Origin: Nemertoderma westbladi
Taxonomy: Eukaryota; Animalia; Xenacoelomorpha
Assembly: GCA_032718475.1 (NCBI GenBank)
Contig: JAUCBJ010000064.1
Location: 34,175 to 98,174, forward strand
Length of the DNA stretch: 64,000 bases
Direction of reading: 5' to 3'
Shown: positions 37,091 to 48,429 of the stretch, piece after piece
How the letters are laid out: each line of letters begins with the position of its first letter
Numbering within the stretch: position 1 is the first letter of the stretch
Position numbers and translations under genes: made by a program
Notes under the pieces: model-generated
What the model was told of the DNA's origin: nothing
Databases searched by the model: none
What the model saw: only the letters and a program-made list of their open reading frames with translations

Positions 37091-37485
37091 CTTATATTAC
37101 TATCCTACTCATTACTCTAGAATGCCACCGTTTTTTCCCACTCCCTCAATTTCACAGTCTGCAGTCTGGTCAGTGAGAAGGTCCTCGCGGGAGTACTCTG
37201 GGTTGGCTTCCCACAGTTATCATTCTCAGGTGTATAAGATGGTTACCCAATTCTTTGGTGTCATACTGCCAATCCACCCCCCCTCGCAAATCAACATGTT
37301 AGTAAAAGGTTACCCAGGCACAGCACTAGCTTTGCTATTGTGTCCAAGTAATCTCCTAAATTGTAGGCACCAGTCAATGGCGACTGATAAACAATAACGT
37401 TTAGTAATTATATTACTATTCCATAAAATTTTTGGTGCGGTGCATCTGTATTGTTTGTGAGGTATCTTGAAATTGAAATTATATA

Positions 37486-37520
<35 letters not shown>

Positions 37521-38290
37521 ATAACCCCTGCGTACCCACTTATATATGTATATGTATTCCGTATATATATATTTTATCTAATATAATACCGGTTCGTCCG
37601 GGTGTTTTATGAAATGAAAAAAAGTAGGCCTATCTGGCTGTCAGGCAATTAATTATAAATCCCACCTATTGTTTACATGGTAACCAGTCATGCCGTAACT
37701 TTACAGCTCGCCGTCATTGGTTATACATAAACAAGGGACAATACAACACCAATACAATACTAAATGTACTACAGGCCAATACAATGCTGTAATTTCATCA
37801 AAAGTTGTAAAGTGCTAAATAACAACTCACTTTTAATACTAATGACGTTGAGTAATGTTACAATTTTGGAAAAAATGCTATTTATGTGTGTATGTTTGGT
37901 TGGTAGCCTAGCAACCAACCTATCAGCTGGTGATAGTCTAACTGTTTGGTGGGGGGATATTTTTCTATATATTTATACCAATATTGTAAGTTTTACATGT
38001 TAAAAAAACTTCGAATAAAAAGAAACACCATCTAATTCATATATATATATCGTTGCTTTAAGACATGCTGTATTACCTGGTGAAGTTTTGAATATTTTAT
38101 CCAATGGGAAGTGATGATTATTACGTGGTAAAGTGAAATCCGACATTCCTATTGGGCAATATCTTACTGCAGAAAGGCCATCATATATCTTTCGATATCT
38201 TTTGTAGGCTCTTTGACTTATCCTTATGACACTTAAGCTACGATATTCAATATAAACAAACATATACAAACATAATATAATATGTCTTAC

Positions 38291-38528
38291 CTGTGGACAA
38301 TGAGGCGCCCAATCCGCTGTCCTGGGTGTCTGTATGCACCAACGGATATTTCTTGCTCTCAGATTGGTCAGAGTTACATCCCACAGTGAGGATACTGTCC
38401 AATGGGAAAGAGTTACCACTGACAGCTAAGGGTTGCATATAGTACTGGTTTGGGTATGACTGTTGCGTAGGTTGAGGTAAGATTGTTGTATTTATTATAG
38501 GTGAAAGTTGATTGCTCTTTGTTTTCAA
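38291..38528 (-). CDS. GLIS-like gene copy C, putative exon downstream of the zinc fingers
   Basis: ttttatag|TTG...ACAG|gtaaga; open frame, phase 0 compatible with the preceding exon; Q/P/S-rich. Confidence 0.65.
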
Positions 38529-38902
38529 CTATAAAAATGTATAATGAAAGTTTGACTTCTTAGTTAATTATAATTTTATCAGTTAGCCAGAAACATATTT
38601 CACACGATGTTTAACTTGACTTCCTACAGTAACATTTATGCAATTTTATTTAATATACTGTACGGTATATTGGCGAATTTTTTACAATTTGCGATACATT
38701 AACATTACGTATAAATTCGTTGATTCTCGCCTATTCTTGCCATAATTAGGCCTATTTACTTATTTTACTTTCTATATTTCGAGTAATTATAACTCAGAAG
38801 AAAATAGATACGTAACCGATAAATATTTCAAGTAATTATAACTCAGAAGAAAATAGATACGTAACCGATTATTATCACATTATGAGGCACATTTTTCCTG
38901 AC

Positions 38903-39072
38903 TTGAAACTGCGACGATGTTTTAGATACAGAGTCTAATAACTGAGATGCGTTCGAGTGTAGCTTCATATGTTTACGCAAGGAACTGGGGTCAGTGTACC
39001 TTTTCGTACAGTTGGGCAGCTGACATACATATGGTTTGCTGTCTATGTGCGTTCTCATATGTTTGGCGCGAT
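38903..39072 (-). CDS. GLIS-like gene copy C, exon with the end of ZF4 and ZF5
   Basis: [39 protein letters not shown]; phase-1 acceptor matches the 39781 donor; donor at 38903 (gtcagg) is less certain. Confidence 0.88.
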
Positions 39073-39524
39073 CTAAAACGCGATAATTCAATGAAATTAG
39101 TTTAATTTTAGTATTGTGTAGTCAACGAAAACATATATATGTCGACCACAAAAACACTGGCACAGATAAATTAACATATGTCCATTTTTATAAATACATA
39201 GCAATAACAAAGAAATATATAACAAATAATTCACCAAAAAATAGTTTGAAGTTAATATATTAAGGCAAAAATTTTGAAAAAATAATAGATTTCTTAACAG
39301 ATTAAAATACATACAAACACAAACTGTCTTCTGGAATTATGTAATTTGTTGTCGTAAATAGTTGTATATGTAATCAATGTCACTGTACTGTACAGTGTAC
39401 ATACGGTAATGAATGAATTGGATTCCTTGGGATCTCTCTAGATCGGATATTAAACTTTAATTCAAAAATATATATATATTGTAATTTGTAATTAGTATTT
39501 AGTTTTTATTGGCTATTTTACCAA

Positions 39525-39744
39525 GCAGTAGCTCGTTCATGGCGTGGGCATTCCTGTGCTACCAATCAAGAGGCCCCGGTTCGATCCCTTGATTGGGCAG
39601 CACTATTTGGGTAAAGTGCTTTTAATTATGGCAGCTTAGCACCACTACCCTGGCTTTCATCCTTAACTGGTCGTTAAATGGAAACCAAGGCGACTTGGAA
39701 ACCAGATAGTGGAAGATAACACAGTGAACGGAGTTTAAATAAAC
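39525..39744 (+). mobile_element. tRNA-derived SINE in GLIS intron (copy C)
   Basis: Slightly diverged counterpart of 526-745. Confidence 0.6.
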
Positions 39745-39780
39745 TAAAGAATTATCCTATTCATTTACTATTTTACGTAC

Positions 39781-39907
39781 CTGAGCTGTTACTGAACGCT
39801 TTGTTACACATTGGGTTTGTGCATGGGTAGGGCCTTTCTCCAGTGTGGTTCCATAAATGAATCTTAAGATTTTCCCATCTAGAAAACATCCGAGTACAAG
39901 GCTCAAC
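39781..39907 (-). CDS. GLIS-like gene copy C, exon ZF3 to mid ZF4
   Basis: [42 protein letters not shown] with ag/gt boundaries; functional status uncertain. Confidence 0.85.
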
Positions 39908-40010
39908 CTGAAATTAGTTTGAGTAATTGATTTATTAGTAATTATTAATTTTAAAATTAATAATAATCAATTATTTAATAATAATTAATATAAAAAAAAT
40001 AAACTTTATT

Positions 40011-42650
40011 CGAACCACTGATACCACTATTCAACTCCCAAAAAGCAACCTCCAAGCGAATCTCCAAACACCGCGATAAGGTACAAGACCTCAACTTCAA
40101 AATGAAACATCTTCCTGGAAAGGAAATACCCTGTGATTTCAGCAGCCGACATCCAATTCCCACCAAGCATCTAAGCGAGGATCAGCAAGAACGACTGGGC
40201 ATTGACATAGGCAGAGGGCTACATCAAGAAACTCAATATCATCGACTCACCTGACACAATAACAATCAAAGAACTCATAGCTGCTTCTCACTTTGACAAA
40301 ACTTACCAGAAACTAATCCAGACCTTGCGCTTAGGCAAACATCCAACAGAGAGCAGTCTCGAAGGCTATCGACGAGTCTGGAACGAACTATGCATTGTTG
40401 GAGACCTAATTATTAGGGGAGACAAAATTGTCGTCCCAGTTCATTCCAGGTTCGGGAAACATTAGACAATGGATCATTGATGCAGCTCATGAAGGACATT
40501 AAGGGGATTGTCACCATGAAGCGCCACTGTAAAAGCTTCTGTGGGATATAACTGGCCCCTTTTGCTTCGCAATCCAGTTTCCCCCAGGCGCTGGAATACT
40601 CTAAAAAGGTTCTCTAACTGTATATATATTCCCCTCGCCCGCAAGGTACCGTTACAGGTGTTTTAACGGACATAAAAGTCATTCTTCTATATACGTGCTT
40701 TGGCGGACATGGTAAGGCAAAAAACCTGCAATGCACCAAATACCTTTACACGGCTTGGCCTTGATGATTCAGATTGCGACATCTAGCAGCTGGTTGCTGG
40801 CATGGAAACAGCCATTGGACGCATGGTTCTTTGTTTGGCTTGAGCCAATCAGAGCGATTTTTTCTGTCGACGTGTAGATATTCGGCCGATGATACTAGGA
40901 GTGTTCAGTCTTACTGTTTTTTGGTGATACTGTTGTGTTGTTGCTATCTAGGCCAGGAACACCGGCTCTAGAGTCAATTCGTTTCAGACTTTAGAAGAAA
41001 CATTAGTAGGCTTAAGATTATAGAGCGTATAACTGTTATCTTGTCACATCTTGTCATACCATCTTAACCTACCGTCTTAATGCTATTTACTGTTACTATT
41101 ATTATTTGGAGAACATTTATAAAGAACCCAAATTTCCCAATTTTCTTGATACACTACAGGTTAGAGAGACGGGTTATATATAGCGATTGCGACTTATATT
41201 ATTGTGGTTTGTAGTGAATTTAATGCTATTTGATAAGCACTACATGAATCCGTTGCTGTTCTCTTTATATATGATAAAATTCATTGACGGTCGGCAAATT
41301 AGTGAGCAGTATTGTGTGTTACCGGTAGTGTGCATGATTGTGACTGATAACTAAGCATTTCCTAAAGAATGCGCCTCATACGTGAATCATAAGCCTTACC
41401 GACTTACCGTTGTGATTAGTATAAGTCATATCTCTGTTTACTTAGATAGAGCGCCACATCCTAAAGGAACTGTTAATATTTCCCGAAAGTGAATAATATT
41501 AGTCAGAAATTATTTATTAACGATCAATCGAATAATACAATACAGTAAGCTTACACTGCAATAATAATCTAAGCCCTCAGAATCCAGCCCCCCGGGTATA
41601 TCCAGCGGGTGAATGGATGCGCACTAGGCTGGCTTCTGCTAATGTTGTGTTTATTGGTATTAAATATTTGTCATCTTCTAAAGTCTATTTATAAACCAAA
41701 AGACATATAAATTTTGGCAGGTTAAACTGCTAAAGGTCTTCAAAAGCGCGTACAGCCACATCCGATCAAGAGTTTGGTTTCCAAACATGGACAAATGTGT
41801 TGAATATAGGGTAAATAGTTGCCTCGCTTGCCAGGCGGCAACCAAGACCCACCATCGAGACCCACTCATTCCATCAACACCACCCATGCAACCATGGCAA
41901 CATTTATCCGCAGATCACTGGGGTCCAACAGAAGATGGGAAATTTCTTCTGGTCGTTGTTGATGAACTTACAAAGTACCCAGAAGTAATGGTAGTAAATG
42001 GTACCAGTTCTGATAAGAACATTGAGGCATTTGACGAGATCTTTTCTCGGCACGGCTTCTGTGAAACACTTATCAGATTCCCATGAGTTACAACAATATC
42101 TTAAATGGGCGGGAATAAAACACAAGGGAACTCAGAGTGCTGAAGACCCAGAAGCCAACGGACTGGCTGAAAGCTTCATGAAACACTGCCAGAAAACATG
42201 GCACACTGCCATAATAGAAAAGAAAAATCCCACAGCAAAACTAAACAAACACCCCCAAATGTACAGAGCAACACATCAAATATCGACAAACAAATCCCCT
42301 TCTGAACTACTCTTCGGAAGGAAATTCCAAAACCGCCTCCCAATGCTTGCCGAATCTTTCGAGCGTAAAGACATCAAGGAAGCCCGATTCAATGACATGT
42401 TGGCCAAAGAAAAACAGAAAGGATACAAAGACGCCAAACAATACGTAAAGCCACATGAAATTTCAAAAGGAGACCAAGTGCTGCTCAAACAAAAACCAGA
42501 CAAAATCAAAACCACCTTTCGATCCAAAGCCTTATAACGTCACAGACGTTGTTGGCCACCAAATAAAAGATAATTAGGATGGAAAAGAGATAACTAGAGA
42601 CGCACAGAACTGGAAGCAAATTAAGACAAACACACCAATTAACTACGGTA
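40011..42650 (+). mobile_element. Degenerate Ty3/Gypsy pol fragment (end of RNase H and integrase)
   Basis: HLPGKEIPCDFSSRHP; AHEGH...VWFPNMD...CLACQ; PWQHLSADHWGP; PEANGLAE; SPSELLFGR; several frameshifts; no LTRs of its own seen. Confidence 0.85.
40528..41754 (+). mobile_element. Solo LTR related to the BEL-2 LTR
   Basis: TG...CA; perfect TSD GCCAC (40523-40527, 41755-41759); collinear, diverged reverse complement of 47187-48351. Confidence 0.9.
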
Positions 42651-42914
42651 GCACGAAGTAACGGGACTAGCTACTGTATGTAAATAATTGTTTAACGTGT
42701 AAGTAAGACATTTCATATGTCCTATAGAAGGCATTCTAGAGAAAATGAGCAAATAAAATTGGCAGCAGTGTTCAGTAAAACTGAACGGACACAGACGGTG
42801 ACTATTTATTGAAAACAATTTCCGTAATTTTGGCCTTTTTGAAGGCCCGTGTTTCGTGAGAGATGCCTTACCAGTACTTCATTTGTCTGACCATGAGAAT
42901 CAAACATACAATAT

Positions 42915-44428
42915 CCCTCGATGGCCCCACCCATGTCGGCTGCCCCCTCGGTGGCCTCACCCATGTTGGCTGCCCCCTTGGTGGCCCCACCCACGTCGGC
43001 TACCCCCTCGGTGGCCCCACCCACGTCGGCTGCCCCCATGGTGGCCCCACCCACGTCAGCTGCCCCCCCGGTGGCCCCACCCACGTCGGCTGCCCCCTCG
43101 GTGGCCCCACCCACGTCGTCTGCCCCCTTGGTGGCCGCACCCACGTCGGCTACCCCCTCGGTGGCCCCACCCACGTCGTCTGCCCCCTCGGTGGCCGCAC
43201 CCACGTCGGCTACCCCCTCGGTGGCCCCACCCACGTCGGCTGCCCCCTCGGTGGCCTCACCCATGTCGGCTGCCCCCTTGGTGGCCCCACCCACGTCGGC
43301 TGCCCCCTCAGTGGCCCCACCCACGTCGGCTATCCCCCCAGTGGCCCTACCAACGTCGGCTGCCCCCTCGGCGGCCCCACCAAAGTCGGCTACCCCCTCG
43401 GTGGCCCCACCCACGTCGTCTGCCCCCTCGGTGGCCGCACCCACGTCGGCTACCCCCTCGGTGGCCCCACCCACGTCGGCTGCCCCCTCGGTGGCCCCAC
43501 CCACGTCGGCTGCCCCCTTGGTGGCCCCACCCACGTCGGCTGCCCCTTCAGTGGCCCCACCCACGTCGGCTATCCCCCCAGTGGCCCTACCAACGTCGGC
43601 TGCCCCCTCGGCGGCCCCACCAACGTCGGCTTCCCCCTCGGTGGCCCCACCCACGTCGGCTTCCCCCTCGGTGGCCCCACCCACGTCGGCTGCCCCCTCG
43701 GTGCCCCCACCCATGTCGGCTGCCCCCTCGGTGGCCCCACCCATGTCGGCTACCCCCTCGGTGGCCCCACCCACGTCGTCTGCCCCCTCGGTGGCTGCAC
43801 CCACGTCGGCTACCCCCTCGGTGGCCCCACCCACGTCGGTTGCCCCCTCGGTGGCCCCGCCCATGTCGGCTGCCCCCTCGGTGGCCCCACCCACGTTGGC
43901 TGCCCCCTCGGTGGCCCCACCCATGTCGGCTACCCCCTCGGTGGCCCCACCCACGTCGGCTGCCCCCTCGGTGGCCCCACCCACGTCGGCTGCCCCCTCG
44001 ATGGCCCCACCCATGTCGGCTGCCCCATCGGTGGCCTCACCCATGTTGGCTGCCCCCTTGGTGGCCCCACCCACGTCGGCTACCCCCTTTGTGGCCCCCC
44101 CACGTCGGATGCCCCCGCGGTGGCCCCACCCACGTCAGCTGCCCCCTCGGTGGCCCCACCCTCGTCGGCTGCCCCCTCGGTGGCCTCACCCACGTCGGCA
44201 ACCCCCTTGGTGGCCCCACCCACGTCGGCTGCCCCCCACGGTGGCCCCACCCACGTCAGCTGCCCCCTCGGTGGCCCCACCCACGTCGGCTACACCCTCG
44301 GTGGCCCCACCCTCATCGGCTGCCCCCTCGGTGGCTCCACCCACGTGGGCTGCCCCCTCGGTGGCCCCTCCAACGTCGGCTGCCCCCTTGTTGGCCCCAC
44401 CCACATCGGCTACCCTCCCGGTGGCCCT
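42915..44428. repeat. GC-rich 30-bp minisatellite, ~50 units
   Basis: Unit GTGGCCCCACCCACGTCGGCTGCCCCCTCG, encoding VAPPTSAAPS in the frame that runs into APE. Confidence 0.95.
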
Positions 44429-47186
44429 AACTGTCATCCATCCAAGGACCGACTTCGTGGTAAATGATGATGATATATCGGTAACTGTTTGTCTATTCAA
44501 CACGAGATCAATTAACAACAAGGCAGACGTCTTAAATGATTTTATTGTTGATCAACAGATAGACATTGCAATGTTCACTGAAACATGGTTATCTGGGAAT
44601 GAAAGCGATCATTTGACAATTAAGGACATTTGCCCGGTCGGCTATGAAATTAATCACTCTCCTCGAACAACGAGTCAAGGTGGTGGCATAGCATGCATCT
44701 TTGCAAAGCAGCTCAATATTAAGGATGCAAATAAACAGAATACTACATTCTCAAATTTCGAGTATTTAGATCTGATATTTCAGTGCCATGGTGATGTATT
44801 TCGACTAGTTGTTGTTTACAGAACGTGTCCATCTACTACCAATGGTTGTACTGTACACCATCAACGTTTATGAATGAATTTGCAGTATTTATGGAAGAAT
44901 TAATATTATCACCTGGAAAACTAATTATATTGGGTGACTTCAACTTTCACATAGATGTTGCTTGCGACAAGTATGCTGTGGAGTTCTGTGACCTTCTCAA
45001 CAGTTTTGGCTTGACTCAACATGTGAAACAGCCTACCCATATTCATGGTCACACACTCGATCTGCTTATAACCACGGAGGATTCCGGGTCTCTTGTTTCG
45101 GATCTAATAGTAAACGATATCGGGTTATCTGATCATTTCTCAGTATGTTTTAAAATTGTGTTAAGCCAAAACATTATCCTACTACGATGAATTGTCGAAA
45201 ATTATCAAAAATTAATATTGATCAATTTTGTAATGACATAGAGGGGTCGGATTTATACGACATGACACTCAATCGTCAGGATGTTGACATTGAATCTATA
45301 GTTAATTGCTACAATGACACACTAAAATTGATCCTTGATAAACATGCGCCTATTGTAGCAAAGAAGGTTACGAAAAATGGGCATTCACCATGGTATAATG
45401 ATGAAATAGTTAAACAAAAAAAGCTGCGGAGAAAGCTGGAGAGGAGATATAGGAAAAGCAAGACTGAATCACAGTTAATAATGTATAGGGAGCAATGTAA
45501 AGTTGTTTCTGATACTATTGTACGTGTAAAACAGGACTACTATCGTACCCAGGTGATTGACTCTAAAGGTGACACTGGTGAACTTTTCAAGATCGTTAAT
45601 AAGATTCTCCACCGCAAGCAAGCTTATAAATTACCTGAGCATGATTCAGACAAAGTTCTCGCCGATGAATTTGCTGATTATTTTGAGATAAAGATCAACA
45701 ACTATCGTGATGAAATTAAATCAGAATTAACTACTGGGGGTGCCAACAACACACCTTCTGACCATATTGACCGAAAGGATCATACATTACCAACTCCAGT
45801 TGCTGAAACCACACCAATCGTAGTATCAAATAACTCAAATGTTCCGCCTCTTGATATTTTTCCTGAAATGTCTGAGGAGGCTGTAGGATACTTAATAAAT
45901 GAATCGAAATCCAAAACAAGTGCAAATGATCCAATTCTAACGCGACTACTTAAGTGTTCCTTGAATGTGCTCCTACCAATAATAACTTTTATCATTAATC
46001 TATCTATCATGACCGCAACGGTACCATCAGCATTTAAAGAGGCAGTGATTTCACCTGTACTGAAGAAAGTAAAACTCGATCCGAACGTCTTGAAGAACTT
46101 CCGACCCATTTCCAATCTGGTGTTCATCTCGAAGTTAACTGAAAGAGTTATAGCGCAATTGTTAATTGAACATTTGTGTGTGAATAAGCTTAACGACCCA
46201 TTCCAAAGTGCCTACAGAAAGATGCATAGCTCTGAAACTGCGCTACTACGGGTAAATAACGATGTCCTAAAAAGTATTGATAATGGCTCCGCAGTACTGT
46301 TAGTCCTGCTCGATCTGAGTGCAGCCTTCGATACTGTTGAGCACTCCATTTTAATAAACATTCTGGAAAATGAAATCGGCGTCACTGGAATGGCATTGGA
46401 TTGGTTCCGATCGTACCTAGCCAATAGGTGCCAGTCAGTTCGGATTGGGAATTCGTACTCAAAAAAGAAGACTCTACGTTATGGACTCCCACAGGGATCG
46501 GTTCTCGGCCCCCTGCTCTTCACCATTTACATGCGTTCGCTCAGTAAAGTGATAGAAAGACATGGATTATCATTGCATTTATATGCAGATGACACCCAGG
46601 TTTACATTGCATTTGAACCTTCTAACATCTCGAGTGCCGTCCATGTTACCACTACTTGTCTAAACGATATAAAACGGTGGATGTCATCGCATCTCCTGAT
46701 GATGAACTCTGAAAAGACCGAGATTTTAGTGCTGCAGTCTCAGTTTGCTAACAAGATAATTTCACCAACTCATATGACGGTAGGAAATAAAGAGGTAGAG
46801 TTAACTGACTCTGCACGCAACATTGGAGCAATTTTCGATAAACATATGAGTTTCACCAAACAAATCTCAATGACGGTGCGTGGAGCATTCTTCCAACTCC
46901 GCAACCTCTCGAAAGTCAAACATTGCTTCGATAAAAAGACTCTCGAAGTACTCATCCACGTCTTGATAGCCAGCAAACTCGATTACAATAATGCGCTTTA
47001 TTTCGGCTTGCCATGGAACGTATTAAAGAAACTTCAATATGTTCAAAATTCTGCCGCACGCCTACTGACTGGTACACGTAAGACTGAACACATTACACCA
47101 GCGTTAAAGAGACTTCATTGGCTTCCTATATTACGTCGAATAGACTTCAAGATAGCTTTGCTTACCTACAAATGTATGATCAATAT
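42921..47186 (+). mobile_element. L2-group LINE (repeat-APE-RT), frameshifted and interrupted at its 3' end by BEL-2
   Basis: FNTRS, TETWL, GDFN, SDH; DLSAAFDTV, PQGSVLGP, YADDTQ, LHWLPI..RIDFK; ORF 45187-47217 runs into the LTR at 47187. Confidence 0.9.
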
Positions 47187-48351
47187 TGTTCGCGCTTTCA
47201 GACCTTTAGCAGTTTAACCTGCCAAATTGGGATGTCTTTTAGATGATAGATAGTCTTTAGCCTATGACAAGTATTTGATACACTACATTAGCCGAAGCCA
47301 GTTTATGCGCGATCATTCACCCGCTGGATACACCCGGGAGACTGGATTCGGAAGCCTAACCGTATTGCGGGGTAGGCCTACTGTATTATTCGACTGATCG
47401 TAATATATAATCTCTGACAAATTTTATTCACTTTCGGGAAATATTAACAGTTCCTTTAGGACGTGGCGCTCTAAATATGTAAACAGAGTTATGACTTAAA
47501 CTAAAAACAACGGGATGGCTATAGATTCACGTATATGGCGCATTCTTTAGGAGATGCTTTGTTATCAGTCACAATCATACACAATACTGCACAATGCTGC
47601 AAACCGATCTGCCGACCTTCACTAATTTTAGTCACATATAAAGAGAACAACAGACAATACATGTAGGGCCTATAAAATAGCATTAGATTCACTTCAAACC
47701 ACTTAATGTAAGTCGCAATCGTTATATGTAACCAGTCTCTCTAACCTTTAGTATATCAAGACTATTGGGGTGTCTGATTATTTATCAGTATTCCAAATAT
47801 AATATTCCATCAACAAATATAATGAATAACCGACAGTAAAAGCAGTAAAATGTTAAGGTATAAATTGATATGATCGATTTGGTTAGTATGATTAGTTAAG
47901 TGAGATAACAGATATACGTTCTATAATTAAGCCTACTAATGTTGAGCTAAAGACTGAAACACGGAGGTTCCAAAGCCGGTGTTCTTAGGCTGTGGACAAA
48001 ATCACACACTGACTCAACTCCACGAGTTTCTATATACAATCTCTAACACAGAGGCAAAAAACGCTCTGATTGGTCGACCGAACAAAGAAGGAACAGAGAA
48101 CAAAGAAAAGCTACACGTGTACAGCATCAGCTGTTAGCCGTCGTCATGGTAGCTACACTGTTTCAAGAGGATCCAGCGTATTGCGTCATAGAATTGCTAA
48201 TTATGTCCGCTAAAGTACACATACAGAAGAAATGACTTTTATGTCCTCTAAAACACCAGTACAGTAAGGACACGGCCTTTTATGCCTGTTAAACCAACTA
48301 CAGAGTACTTTACCGGGAAAATAACCGGCTAATTCCGCAAAAGTCTTTACA
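47187..48351 (-). repeat. BEL-2 3' LTR (~1165 bp)
   Basis: TG...CA; first 479 bp match 62120-62598 with about 5 differences by eye; both ends confirmed by the solo LTR; minus-strand TATA-like (~48033) and TCAGT (48008-48012). Confidence 0.9.
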
Positions 48352-48429
48352 CCGCTCCCAGAAAATGGGATTTAAGTCTATAAAATATAACAAATCACAG
48401 TTTCTAAAATATAAAAATACTCTAAACAG

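Larger units (their letters stand above)
29631..37480 (+). mobile_element. CR1/L2-group LINE (PHD-APE-RT), degenerate and split by a nested LINE
   Basis: PHD-type Cys pattern at 29730-29880 joins in frame (DEV|NNYFE) across the insertion to APE (HLNCRS, SET, GDIN, SDH) and RT (PQGS, FADD); stops/frameshifts at ~34305, ~35290 and ~35485; outer ends approximate. Confidence 0.88.

Noticed and set aside
38774-38869. 48-bp intronic tandem duplication (a similar case lies at 26827-26951)
   Set aside because: Ordinary local duplication with no further structure.
42806-44467. Long ORFs in alternative frames and on the minus strand (422-534 aa)
   Set aside because: By-products of a stop-free 30-bp minisatellite.
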